Below, one piece after another: positions 41,063 through 55,114 of a stretch of 64,000 nt of DNA. The stretch lies in the NCBI RefSeq assembly GCF_001194135.2, contig NC_068994.1, positions 39,163,799-39,227,798 on the forward strand. The letters run 5' to 3'. How positions within the stretch are numbered: the stretch's first letter is position 1; every line of letters begins with the position of its first letter. The notes beneath the pieces were generated by a model. It was not told the DNA's origin. It saw only the letters and a program-made list of their open reading frames with translations, and ran no database searches. This stretch comes from Octopus bimaculoides (taxonomy: Eukaryota). The position numbers and the translations under genes were made by a program.

Positions 41063-41519
41063 GTACTGAATAGAATGCCTAATGGTATTTGTTTTGAGTT
41101 CAAATTCTGTCTAGACCAACTTTACTTTCATTATTTCATGGCCAATAAAATAGTCCTAATTCAGGTAAAGGATTAGTGGGACTGTTAGAGGGTCTGTGAT
41201 ACAGGTCTTGGCTCTTTACATTCTGTCAGAACCACATATGACAATACTGATTCCAAATTCTATTGACCCAAATTGGTAAATCTTTGAAAGTCTCCCATCT
41301 CTATTATGGCATGAAGAGAAGGAAACTTGCATGCATGAGAGCTTTCCCAAATAACCTTGCTCAATCCTGCACATATATGCACAAATGCATGATCACTTTT
41401 GATTGAGTGAGGCCTTATACAGTTTATCAGAGTACACTCAGAGACTAAACAGCAACAACAACTATATTATCATTAGAGAAATCCAAATGTTCCATCCAAA
41501 CTTGGCCAATGCTAGTGCC

Positions 41520-41727
41520 CCTTCACTGGCTCCCATGCCAGTATTGGGTTAAAAGCACCCACTACACTCTCAGAGTGGTTGGTATTAGGAAGGGCATCCA
41601 GCTGTAGAAACATTGTCAGATCAGATTGGAACCTAGTGCAACTCACTGGCTTGCCAGACCTCAGTCAAACTGTCCAACTCATGCTAGCATGAAAAGCGGA
41701 TGTTAAACGATAATGATGATGATGATA
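41520..41727 (+). mobile_element. RTE-like 3' fragment (V-like motif), opposite in orientation to the 40832 copy
   Basis: AAAAGCACCCACTACACTCTCAGAGTGGTTGGTATTAGGAAGGGCATCCAGC...GTTAAACGATAATGATGATG. Confidence 0.85.
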
Positions 41728-44700
41728 AATCCTATTACAATTATTTTTGCTGTATATGATTATCACTGACTAGAAATTTTAATAACTTCATAAGTAAGCA
41801 AACACAAAAAAAAAAAAAATTAAATGTGCATATTCTGTACATCATTTTCATTATTCCTAAAGTTTAAATTAAAACTTTTAATTCCACTGAAGAGTATGAA
41901 GAAATGACTATCTCTCTTATATTCTTTGTCCATTAGTGAACATCATGTGTTAATAAGTTTCTATTTTTTTTTTTTCTTGTTTTTTAATATCATTAAGACA
42001 AAGCAGAAAGTCCAGTATCCATGATATTTTTCATTTCTGCAAGGCCTTCTAGACTGGGGGGAGAACGGGAAGAAATTATCTGCACATTGCAGACCTGTCC
42101 TGAATACTTGAAACAGAGTAAATTCTACAAAAAGTATCCAGAAACCAAGTATTGGAACTAAACAAGGAGAGGGATTAAGCCTGCTGTTACAGGTTTTTAT
42201 TGCTTTTCTTTAATGACTCAAGGAAGTTTGTGAGAAAAAGATACGAGATAGCAAATATAATGATATTTCTATAGGTTTCCAAGTTGAGAAAGTAGAAGTA
42301 GAAGCATTTCATGAATCAGTAGGAGAGGAGAGAGAGAGAGAAGCAGGCAGACATAGTAAGCAAGAGAGAAAACTATTAAGTCAGGTTGACTGAGAGTGAG
42401 GGAGAAAAAGTAAAACAGGGAGAAGCAGTACATGATGTAGTAATGACATAGTATTGTGATTGTTGTTGTTTAACTGCAAGTCAGCTGTGAGTACATAGAT
42501 CTATGATCATGGGGAGTTCCATTTCTGACCATTCCTTTATTTTGTATAAGAGTCTACTTGTCTAGTGTTTAATTCTGTATTTAAAGACAGTAAGATATTG
42601 TTGGAAGGAAATCTGGATGTTATTTCTAGTAAGCTGACAGATTATGGAATGTCTCCTTTGTTGGTTTGTAGCATAGACAAAGTGTATTTGAATGGTGTGA
42701 GCAATAATGTGAGAGGAAACCGTAATCAACCAAAAGGGACAGTGTAATCAGAGTGACATATAATCAATGTTTAATGGCATGGTTGATATAAAGGGAAAGG
42801 TTGGTAAGGGTTACGATGGTAGATGGGTAAATGGTGAACAGGCAGCAATTTAATATTACTCTAGCAAGTTAATTGATAAAATTCTTCCTCAATCTAATCA
42901 ACAAGGGAGTCTCTATGTAATCCCTAACCTGCTAACAATAGCAGCCAAAAATCTCAAATAACATGAAGCCCTGCATTTAATTTATCTGAGAATAAGATGA
43001 ATTGGTCATAGTTGGAATACTTTGATCGTAAATCTCCTTGATGAGAGTGTGAACATGTGACTAAACAAGAAGTCTTCCAAAACGAATTCCATCAGTTTCT
43101 AGCCCGTTGTCATATAATATCACTTCTCTGTCTGTTCCCAGTGGTACAAATGTCTAGATATTTGCTAGAACTCACTTGAAGTATCTGACTTTCAACTTGG
43201 CATTGCAAGCAGTTTTTCATTCAAGAACTGAAGTGGCAGAATTGTTCAATAGAATGCCACAAAGCATTCATTCCACTTTTCTCAGCTCTAAATTCAAATC
43301 CATGCAACGTCAACTTAGCCTTTTGTTCTTTGGTAGTGAGGTGCGTTGATACAAAAGAACTAGTCCAAGGCAGTGGATTGGTATAATTGTTAAGACCACC
43401 AGGCTGAATGCCTTGTGTTTTCTATTCCAGCTCCATACATTTTACTTTCTAAGTTAAAATTTCACTGCTTTATTGAAAATGATGACACTTCTGTCTCAAG
43501 TTGCAACCAAAAAAATATTATAGACTATAAGCAATTTGAAAAAGTAGTTGAAACATGAAAATAAGATAGCAATATAATGAAGATGGAAAGCTTCTTACAA
43601 TGTGAAAAGGCAAAAGTTTAACAACCTTTATATATTTCATGCACATAGGTCCATCATCAGAAATAAACAGTCAAAACAAATGTTAGTCTATATAGTACTT
43701 ACTGAACAACAATCAACATGGCCAAAACTGTATAGATTAACATTTCTTGACTTCCCATGATAGGATTTTGTGCTTGAAACATATAATGATTATTACCTTA
43801 TAAAAAGTTCTCCAACGTCACTGTTTTTGCTATTTTACTTCTTTGTCACAAGGCTCCAAACACTTTCCCAAGCATAGTTTCTTTGGTTAGAATGGAAGAA
43901 TGACTGCTATTATTATTCTAATATTGATTTCAAATTTTGTTCAAGGCCTGCAATTTTAGAGGAGGGGTAACTCTACTACATCAACTCCAGTGTCCAGTGT
44001 ATTTATTTAAGCAACTTTGAAAGGATGAAAGGCAAAGTTGACCTCAGCGGTACTTGAACTTGGAATGTAAAGACAGATGAAATATCACTAAGCATTTTGC
44101 CTGGCATGCTTACACTTCTGCCACCTCACCACCCTTCATTATACTAATATTCCATGCTAATTACACCAATCTTTCTCAATTCCTCAACATAGCCGATATG
44201 GAAAAAAGACCTTTTCTCATATTATGAGTAATTTCACTTCTATCCACTGGGCTAACTGCAGGTATCAGTACCAACAAATTTGGCAGTCTCCTTAAGTACC
44301 ATAGACTCAGGGGCACCATGTCATACATTTGAAATCTTCCATATACTGAGGAGAAAATGTGAAAATTATTACAGTCTCATAGTTTTATAACAATAGTGTT
44401 GCATGCATTTTGTGTGAAAATGTCATTTGATCCAACCTGATGGCCAGATGATGAAGACAGCATGGCAGCCATTTCTGTGTTGTGAAATTTTTTTCTTTAT
44501 GATATATCTTGAATTCAACTGTATGTTTACTTGGTTCTTCTGTTGATTAAGGTAAAAATAACTAAAGAGCTATGTGTGAGACCATCAATTACTTTGATGG
44601 ACACTTAACTGTGAGATCACATCAATGGCCTCTGAAAAAGACCCTTTGTTTAGGATAATAAATACAGTCTGTTCGACAAAAACAGTTTCATCTAATTGAT

Positions 44701-44857
44701 AATATAGCAAAAATAAAACAAAAATACTTTATTCCTGCAATTTCAGTTTTTCCTCTTTGTCAAAAAGTTGTTAAGAAGAAATATACATGTAAGGGCACAA
44801 GGAACATTAGGACTGACTCGGCTTGTAAAATATAAACAAATAAATATAAATAAATAA

Positions 44858-44898
<41 letters not shown>

Positions 44899-45540
44899 TT
44901 TGAAATAAAATGACATAATCTATCAAGTTACTTGTACATTTTGAACATATTTTAAGCTAATGACTTTTGTCAAACACTAACAATAGAATTTCTCTGCACA
45001 TCATTACTTTACAATATTTATTTATATATTTACTTGAAACGTATACATCAAAGAGGAGACAAAACTCAGCTTATCATACAGGATCAGTAGACTTGAAGAT
45101 TAAAGTGCAGCTGCAATATTAATCAATTTACTCTTAATGTAGTTGTTTGTATTAAGCAATGGTTATCTACTGCTTTAGTTAGATGACTTCTGTCACTTTC
45201 AATAGCTTGAACTGTATACAGCAAATTAAACTAAATGCAGCTGGGCTTGCATTGTTCCAATAGTATTTCTAGCAGGGAAGTATATATTATTCTCTGACAC
45301 TCACTGCTCTGCACACCCGTATATTTTTAACTATATCAAGTCTACTCATCATTATTTGTATTATTTGCATAAACATACCTTCCCTAAAGTGGCGACGTCT
45401 ATTGTAGCTACTTCCCAACCATATGGTTCCAGGTTTAGCCCTACTATATGGCACCTTGAGTAAGTGTTTTCTACTATAGTTTCAGGCTGACCAAAGCCTT
45501 GTAGGTGGATTCTGATAGACAGAAACTGAAAGAAGCCTGT

Positions 45541-45600
<60 letters not shown>

Positions 45601-46339
45601 ACTATTAAGGACAAAATCCAAAATTACAGGTAAAAACTCAATTAAAATCAATTTATAAAAAATTAAAATTAAATTGATCTTTACAGAGTAAGATATATAT
45701 AAATTTATAGTTTTAGTGGATTTTCATCGATGAGTTCATGAACCTTGGTTCTTTTCCCTAAAACTATATATTTATAAGCCAGCTGGAGGAGATGTCCTCC
45801 TGGGGCTAAAAGCAACAGTAACATCCACCCCTCGGGGTCAGCCACATTTAAGTGGCAAATATACTTCACTATATATTTATATATATATTTATATATGTAT
45901 GTATGTATGTATGCATGTGTCTGTATTTGTCCCCCTGCCATCACTTGACAATTGATGCTGGTGTGTTTATGTCCCCATAACCTAGTGGTTCAGCAAAAGA
46001 GACTGATAGAATAAATATTAGGCTTACAAAGAGTAAATCCTGGGGTTGATTTGCTTGACTAAAACCTTTTAAGGTGATGCTCCAGCATGGTCGTAGTCAA
46101 ATGACCAAAACAAATAAAAGAATGAAAGAATAATAATAATAATCCTTTCTACTATGGGTACAAGGCCTGAAATTTGGGGCAGCAGTATAGTCGATTATAT
46201 CGACCCCAATACCCAACTGGTACTTATTTTATTGACACTGAAAGGATAAGGGCAAAGTCGACTTCAATGGACAAAATACCACTAAGCATTTTGCCTGGCA
46301 TGCTAACGATTCTGCCAGCTTGCAGCCTTAATAGTAATA

Positions 46340-46373
<34 letters not shown>

Positions 46374-46440
46374 CGATGACGATGACGATGATGATGATGA
46401 TGACGATGACGATGATGATGATGATGATGATGATCATGAT
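46340..46440. repeat. Compound (GAT/GAC)n microsatellite; a (TAC)n(CAC)n(GAT)n run follows at ~46755-46860
   Basis: Directly visible; source of the poly-Asp pseudo-ORF. Confidence 0.95.
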
Positions 46441-46753
46441 CATACAAACAAGAACAATAATAATAATGGTTTCTAAGCATAAACTTAGAAATTTAGGTTG
46501 GGTGTGAGTTTGTCAATAACATCAACCCTAGTACTCAACTGGTATTTTCTTTTATTAACCCTAGAGAGATGAAAGGTAAAGTTGACCTCAGTTGGGTTTG
46601 AACTCCAGACATAAAGAATCAGAACAAAACAAATACTGCAAAGAATTTTTTGCTCTGATATACTAGCAATTCTGCCAATTCAACCACCTTTACTGCTGCT
46701 ACTACTACTACCCCCCATCCCCACCATCATTCGTGCTGCTGTTGCTGCAGCTG

Positions 46754-46811
<58 letters not shown>

Positions 46812-47699
46812 CACCAGCACCACCACTACTACAGTATGATGATGATGATGATGATGATGATAACTACTCCCCAGACTGTCAATTACAAATCCCTTCTATC
46901 ATGTGACACTAGTAGATGAGATCATCGAATTATAGGTGTTTGCTGGAGGATTAATGGAGCCTCACTCCAATTTTGACATTTTATTTTATTTTTCAGTTTT
47001 TTTTTTTTCTCATTAAAATGCTTTTCTTTGAAGATCAATATTTTTTTAGTGTCTTTTTGTTTTTCCTTTCTATTTTTATTTTTTTACATTAGAAATATTC
47101 TTGAAGACAGCTTGAACTAAAAGACATAGCAGTTTTGATTGTTTGATTAATTTCAACACCTTTATGTTTATGTGCAACTGTTTGTCAACATCTTGTCGTT
47201 AATTATTTTGTCTACTCTCTTAATTAATTTTATTCACTATTGAAATACTTCTTGCATCAAAGAACCTATAATTTTAAAACTTGAATTTTCTAATGTAATA
47301 TCAGTGATAATCAAATTGTGCATGTGTATGTGCATGTGCATAAATATACATACATTCATGTGTGTGTGTGTGTGTGTGTGTGTGTATTTTGTTTATGCTT
47401 AGAAGAGATGCATGTTATCAGAGTTTCTAGCTTGATCAAATTGATCAAGCTGCTCCAAATGCTAATTATAGTATCTGTGAGAATGAATTTAAGACTAGCA
47501 AACAAGTATGAGACATAGAGTCGTATAAGGTATAACAATGAAATCAAATCAAGTAATGATATTTTTAATGCAATTAATATGTACATTTCAGATAATTATG
47601 CAATAGATAAAAAGGGGCACCTCTTATGTAAAATCTTCCTCAGTTAAAACGTATCAAAATATGAACAAATTGATGGAATTAATTCTTTATGTATGGTCA

Positions 47700-47935
47700 A
47701 GCAGTGTAGGTCATCAACTAGATGAGGAGATGTGTAAAGATAGAATACCTACAAAAATTAGCATTGTTTGGAACTGCCAGAATTTGCAGCATGGTTCTTG
47801 AAGCATGACCAGTAAACAAGTGTCATCTGAGTCTGTTGGCTGTGGACAGCTGACACTTTTCATCATACCCAGCAAAATAAGCTGAGAGTTTTTATGATAC
47901 AATAATAATAGTAATGAAAGAATAAATAGCTAAAA
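47700..47935 (+). mobile_element. R4/Dong-type non-LTR 3' end
   Basis: LQKLALFGTARICSMVLEA* (cf. LQKxALLGTARILRKVL), then a short UTR and a (TAA)n tail. Confidence 0.65.
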
Positions 47936-48429
47936 TAATGATGATGATGATATTTTATTTTTGACTACAGAATACTAAGAGTGTCTGTCTCAATTACGGT
48001 GAAATTCGGTGTTGTGAATTGGTTGAACCCTTTCTGATTCAGACAAAATGCCGTGCAGTATTTATGGGTTTATTATATTTTGAGTTCAGTTTGAGCTCAC
48101 CTCCATACTTCATCGCTTCTCTAAAGTTGATAGAATAAAGAAGCATTGAAGTCCTTTGGTTACTCAAAATATGCACCAATTTTAGAATTCAATGAATAAA
48201 GTTATTAAAATGATTGGATAGAAAGAGAAAGAAAGAATTTGGAGAAATAGAGAAGTGTCTAGAATATTTTAGAGATATCTCAAGGAATGTAGTTTAGAAA
48301 ACAGAAAAAGCACAGGGAAAAAGACTTTCACATTCACAGTGTCTCAAATATCAAGCCATAACTTCAAAGTCTTAAATTTCAATAATTTGACAGCCTTTCA
48401 TATCTTTTTCCATCTATCTATTTTGTATG

Positions 48430-48585
48430 TATCTGTCTGTCTATCTGTCTGTCTATCTGTCTGTCTGTCTGTTTGTCAGATGATAAACAGATGAATAGAT
48501 AGACAGATAGACTGACAGACAGACGGATAGATAAATAGATAGATAGATAGATAGATAGACAGATAGATAGATAGATAGACAGATG

Positions 48586-48621
<36 letters not shown>

Positions 48622-48672
48622 TGCAGGTAGGCAAACAGATAGATAGATATGCAGGTAAGCAGACAGATAGAT
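48430..48672. repeat. (TCTG)n/(GATA/GACA)n tetranucleotide microsatellite
   Basis: Directly visible. Confidence 0.95.
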
Positions 48673-49784
48673 ATTAATCTGATTGTCTGTCTCTTTTTCT
48701 TTCTCACCTCTTTCTTTGTCTCTTGCCCCACATCTTTCTATAATGATAAAAAAAAACCTGTGGTTTTGGAGTCGAGATCACTCCTGAAAAGCCTCTATAG
48801 TTCTCATAGACCCAACATAATGGTCAATCTAAATAAGAGTATTAGAATTTTACATGAAACTTATTTAGCACTGGATTTCTACTGCTGAAGATTAATATAA
48901 AAAGAATAAATGCAACAGAAAGAAAATAGTTCTATACATTTATCTCCTGAAAGACAGGATGTAATAATTTATTAAAATGTGTTTTTTTTTTACAAACTAT
49001 CTCCTATGCTTTGATACTTATTAGAATCATTACAAAATAGTGATTAAAAAAAAAAAAATCTTGTCTGTATGTATTGATGTAGTTTAAAATTTATTCTGTA
49101 AGAAGCTGATAATACTTGGAACATTAATAGAATCTTAGACGAAATTTTGATGGTTTAAAGAATAGGTGAACTGAATCTGGTGTGGTAATAACATACACAT
49201 ACACTCAGACAGACAAACAGACACACACACAAACATATCTATATACATATTTATGTATCTTTTATTTTTTTATCCTTTACTTGCTTCAGTCATTAGACTG
49301 CAGCCATACAGGGGTACTGTCTTGAAAAATCTTAGTTGAACAAATTGACCCCAGCACTTAGTTTTTAAGTATCATACTTATTCTATCAGTTTCTTTTGCA
49401 GAACTGCTAAGTGTCAGAGATGTAAACAAACCAACACTGGTTACCAAATGGTGGGGATACAAGCAAATAGATACACACAAACACGATTGGCTTCCACACA
49501 GTTTCCATCTGTTTGTCTGTCTGTCTGTCTCTCTCTCTTCTATATGTATGTGTGTGTACACCCACACACATATATATAACAATGGATAGGTGTCAATTCA
49601 TTACAGCTGTTTCTAAAGAATTTTAAAATTGATTAATGACTATATTTTATCATAGTAAAAACTATTTTCCTCAGATGAGTACATGAACTTCACAGTTAAG
49701 GACATTTTAAAAAGATTTAAAATCCTTGGCATGTGCATATTTAGTGATTCTATAATCAACGCTTACCAATTCACCTGAATCTTA

Positions 49785-49865
<81 letters not shown>

Positions 49866-52085
49866 CAAGTCGTTTCTTAAATCATTTGAGAAATCTATTC
49901 TTTTGCTTCTGTTTACATCTTTCTGACTTACTTTCCAAATTCCACAAGAGACATTTCTATGTTTCTCATTCTGAAAATACTGCTATCACTACAGCTGCTA
50001 CCAGAATTAATCTGATTGCTTTATGCAGCTACTCCTAAACATTTTTTTTTCAAGGAACATAATATGACTTTAAAAACTCATGTACTCCACCTAGTGTCTA
50101 TATTTTATGGGCAACTGACATTATAATAATTTTAACAATGATTAAATTTAGAGTATATTTATATGTACATGTGTGTATGTGTGGATTTTTGTATCTGTGT
50201 TTGTCCCCCATCACTGCTTGACAACTAGTGTTGGTTTATTTACATCTCTGTAACTTAGTGATTTGGTAAAAGAGACTGATAGTATAAGTACCACCAGACA
50301 TTAAAAAATAAGTATTTGGGTTGATTTTTTTTTTCAACTAAATTCTTCAAGGAGGTGGCCCAGCATTGTACAGTCCAAAGACTGAAACAAGGAAAACATA
50401 TATAAGATCATGCAGAATCCCTGAATGTTTTCATGCAAGCCTGAAACCCATTTTGAGAAGCATTGACCTTAAAGTAGGTCTGAAGCCCACAGGTTCGAGA
50501 AGCTGGAACTTATCCAGATTTTCAAGGCATTTTTGACAAAAGCAAAACCAAACCTGTCCTTGAATGGAATGCCAGTCTCTCGTAGGGTTAACCCCATTAG
50601 GTGCGACTGGGATTCATTTTTAGCCAAGTATACTGGAGCAACATGAAATGAAGTGTCTTGTTCTAGGATTGGCCCTGGATTAAGCAAAATAAGTACATAC
50701 TTAGAGTATCAAGTGAAGAAGGGCACCACAGAAATGGTAAAAAGTTTATGGCACAAAAGAAATCACTTTAAACTTGCCTAAAATATTATTCAAAGTAGTT
50801 TATATGATTAGAAATTTAATTTAAATGTGTTTATGGTGTCATAGTAATGATCTGATCAAAAACTTTGCAATTACAAAAAAGTAGGAGAAATCTTTTCAAA
50901 TATATATAAAGTGAAAATATACAAGCATAAACATTATTTTCCATCTTGCTGTTAGTTTTGTTTCGTTTTGAAAAATAAAAAATTATTTTATGGTTTATTA
51001 TTGTTTATATCTTGAATTAAATATATATGGGGGCACCAAAATTTTTTAAGCGCTTAAGGCCTCTATGGGTCTTAATCCAACCCTGTCCAAGATCCAATGC
51101 ATCACTCAGTCTGAGAATCAAACATACAACCTAATGATCATGCACCCATCATTCTATTCACTGAGTCATGTATCTTCACACAATATTGATTAAAAAAAAA
51201 AAATAACAATAATATCAGCAAAGTTCTCAGACTTGTATTTTATTGGCTTGTCTACTGCTAGCTGTGAAGCAGACAGCCTAGTTGTTAGGGTGTTTGGTTA
51301 ATGGTCGTAATGTCATTGTTTCAATTCCTGGACCAAGTGCTGCATTGTAAGGTACTTCATTTCAAGTTGTTTTTGTCTACTCAGTTGAACATGAACACCA
51401 GCTAGATGCAGTTCTCTGTCTTTTTAGTTATCATATCCTGGTTGTCCCATTAGATCAAGAACATCAGACAAAAAGAAAAAAGAATTACAGAGAAATATTT
51501 AAGCATTTAAGCTACACCATGCTGTAAAATTTCTCTGTTTATCATAAAATGTTGGTGGAATGAGTAATATTTGAAAAAGTGACTAATTTTAAATGATTTA
51601 CTAAGAATGTTTTATAACTTTTGGCACAAAGCCAGCAATTTTAGAAGAAAGGGGGAGTTGATTACACTGTCCCCCTGTAGTCCAATGATACTTATTTCAT
51701 CAACCTTGAAGGGATGAATGCCAAAGTCAACCTCAGCAACATTTGAACTCAACATAAAGCCAGAAGAAATGTTACTATGCATTTTGTCCAATGTGATAAT
51801 GATTCTACCAGCTTTCTGTCTTACGATTTACTTATAAGGCACATATTTTACTGGAAAAGGAGTTGAGAATGAAAGCTATCAAATTGATGCATGCAGTCTA
51901 CTTTTTATGTTTCAGTCATTAGATGGTAGCCATGCTGGGCCTTGAAAGGTTTAAGTCAAACGGATCAACTCTAGTTATTGTGTTTTTATGTCTGGTACTT
52001 ATTCTATCAAAACCTACTGTTAATCCACTAAGTTTCAGGTATGTAAGCAAATCAAACGTGGTTATGAAATGGCAGGGGACGTGGA

Positions 52086-52148
<63 letters not shown>

Positions 52149-52339
52149 GAATGACACAAGTGGAGTTTTAAAATTTACAACAGCTGTTTCAGCAGCGGTT
52201 TTTATCGATAAATACTTCTGTGTTCTTTTTTATAAATGCCATTCCTGGAACAATCTCAAGGTTGGATCTATAACTTAGATAGAATAGGATACCAACATGT
52301 GTGTGTGTGTGCGTGTTCTCATACATGGTGAGCCCACTA

Positions 52340-53040
52340 CCAAACTGTTCCTGGTGTCCTGCATGTTGAAATACCTGGATTCTAGCGCATGCTTTTTCCT
52401 AGCTCAGTTCCAGAGAACTGGCATTCTGGGAGAGAAAGGACCGTGCCGAATATTTAGTGCAGGGATAGAGGAGTTTCACATATGATAGTAAAGATGGAGA
52501 AAGGTAACAGCACACCTGTAGAACAGAAGCTGAAGTGTATCTGCTAGTGATAGAATACCAATTACCATTTTTGATGGAATATAAGATGCACTTTCTCCAC
52601 CTTCCAAAAATGTCCTGAGAAACCACCTTGAGTCCTATATGTGAAATTGAGCCTATACTATAGGCTTTAATGGAATGAAACATTTTCCCTCAATATGCAA
52701 GGCTGAAATTGGAGTGTCTCTCATATGTCTGTGTGTCTTTTAGAAGGCGTCATCAAATACAGTTTCTGAGTGGCCATTCTGTGAATGCAGACCAGTATGT
52801 ATTTGTGCATAGCAGCAGCACCACTCTAGTTGTCTGAGTAGTACTTCATTGAGGGCCTTACTTGAGCCTTGTGGTGTGTCAGCAGCTATCAGAGGCTGGA
52901 ATACTTTTTGGCCTTGGAGTAAAGTGTTAGTCTTTGGGATGCAGTCCTTGCTATGCCAAGGATGGGCTTTTGCCGGGAAAGATAAAAGTGAAAAACAATT
53001 CTGGTAGAAGTAGTAAGGAAAAATCTTTGGATAGTAAACC
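52340..53040 (-). mobile_element. Decayed CR1/L2-group LINE RT C-terminal fragment
   Basis: The minus strand gives IARTASQRLTLYSKAKKY..LLTHHKAQVRPSMKYYSDN*SGAAA, then SLADTLQLLFYRCAV and FSPRMPVLWN*, the conserved C-terminal motif order with stops and frameshifts. Confidence 0.8.
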
Positions 53041-54294
53041 TCACCAAAGAAATATCATAAACCGAGATAAAGTGAAAAACATGTTAAACTTCAGAATCGA
53101 GGAAAATTTTGAAAAAGAATGTTTTTACTGGAATGGACAGATATGATATATCGTATTTGATGGCGTTTTATAAAACGCATTTTTTATTTAAAAAAATATT
53201 TCCAGATAAATCATGCCAGGCCCTATCTGTTAAGTCTGGTCTATATTATTTGAATATACGTTACTGAAATTTGGGTACGTCAAATATACCTGTTCGTCTT
53301 TTATGTGATCAAATACAATAGTACGTAATACACCTTGCAAGTCTAAGGGAGATAATTCAACAAACTTTAGCTACATAAGTTTTAATGGCTATGATTTTTT
53401 TAAAATAATAATTAAATGAATAAACTAATTTTGAATAGTTATTAATATTGAATATTTTCTTAATTTCTTCTCCATTTTTCCATATCAATAAAAGAAAGTG
53501 ACAGCCGAAGAAATTCAAACTTTGAGAAAACTCAAAATTAAAAAAAAAAAAAAGACTTAGGTGAATTGAATTTCTACAGAATTTGAGAAAAGATGATGTG
53601 TGTTTATAAATTAAAATTAATATGATTGATTAGAACAGATAGATCAAAAGTATAATCAAAGTCATGCGCCAGCCACGGCAATCATACCTATTTTCAAACA
53701 CTTGTATCAAGCACTAAGTTATCTACCACGTCCTTTCTTTATTTTTAAATTATTAAGTCATCATTTGAATGAATTTCAGCAGCTATTTCTAGCAGTCCCG
53801 TTGACCAGCATAAGGGGTCTTTCATTAATTCAGAATGAAGATTGAAACGAATTTGGTCACTATTTCTAGACTGACACTCGTTAGTCTAGAAATGTTCCAT
53901 CATTGGCTTAAGCATTTATGGTTGTATTTCACTCAGATGTTTGATGAAGAAAAATCTAACAGGAAATTGTGTTAATAAAACATTTAAAACAAAGTAATAG
54001 AAATATAATATATATATTACAATTTAAATATTTTATTAAATTATTGAGATAAAATTAGTCAATTATTTCAATTGGATATAACATAAAAATGAATAAGACC
54101 TATTGAGTTTAAAAGTATAGGTGTAACAGATGCGTCCTGTGGCCCTCACGCCTTTCTCTGGAAATATGGATGAATTACCTACAGGGAATCTGTACATTTA
54201 AATTACTAAAAGCTGATCACTTTAAGATTAATTCTCGTTACAAACTATTTTATAAACAAAATTGTTTAAAAGTACTAATTTAAAACTGAACTGT

Positions 54295-54676
54295 GGAGGC
54301 GCAATTGGCCCAGTGGTTAGGGCAGTGGACTCGCGGTCATAGGATCGCAGTTTCGATTCCCAGACCGGGCGTTGTGAGTGTTTATTGAGCGAAAACGCCT
54401 AAAGCTCCATAAGGCTCCAGCAGGGGGTGGTGGTGAACCCTGCTGTACTCTTTCACCACAACTTTCTCTCACTCTTACTCCCTGTTTCTGTTGTGCCTGT
54501 AATTCAAAGGGTCAGCCTTGTCACACTGTGTCAGGCTGAATATCCTCGAGAACTACGTTAAGGGTACACGTGTCTGTGGAGTGCTCAGCCACTTGCACGT
54601 TAATTTCACGAGCAGGCTGTTCCGTTGTTCGGATCAGCTGGAACCCTCGACGTCGTAAGCGACGGAGTGCCAACAA
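54295..54676 (+). mobile_element. Young full-length tRNA-derived SINE (octopus OR-like)
   Basis: A box TGGCCCAGTGG, B box GTTTCGATTCC, many intact CpGs and a 3' end GACGGAGTGCCAACAA. The family name is from recollection and has not been searched. Confidence 0.8.
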
Positions 54677-55114
54677 TACTGTACTATAAATTTGAAGGGT
54701 AAGGGAGGTAATTGCAGGAATACTTATTTCCCTTGGTTTATGCGACCAAAAATGCCAGCTTATTTATTTGTTTGGTTATCGATAGAGACATGAAATTGAT
54801 AACTATCATTATGCATTCAGTTTCACTAAGATAAAGAGTAGATGCTTCACAACAAATACATTCATTCACGAAACGGTCATTGTGAGAGTACAGTGTACAT
54901 TGCGACATATTTATGGAACCATTTCTCTATGGAAATATTTCTATCAAGAAAAAATTATCCTGAAGCCTTAGGTGTGTTCCTTCATCTCAAACTGGAATCT
55001 CGCAGTCTGAAATCCATTTTCTGGTAAGTGGAAACAAACATATCTTTGTGAAGTTAGTATTTCTTAAAACAGACAAAACAAAAAGCCCTGAGGACAGTTT
55101 ACAAATGAACATTA

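Noticed and set aside
54295-54372. Functional tRNA gene
   Set aside because: It is a SINE head: A/B boxes are present but there is no proper cloverleaf, and it continues into a repeat body.
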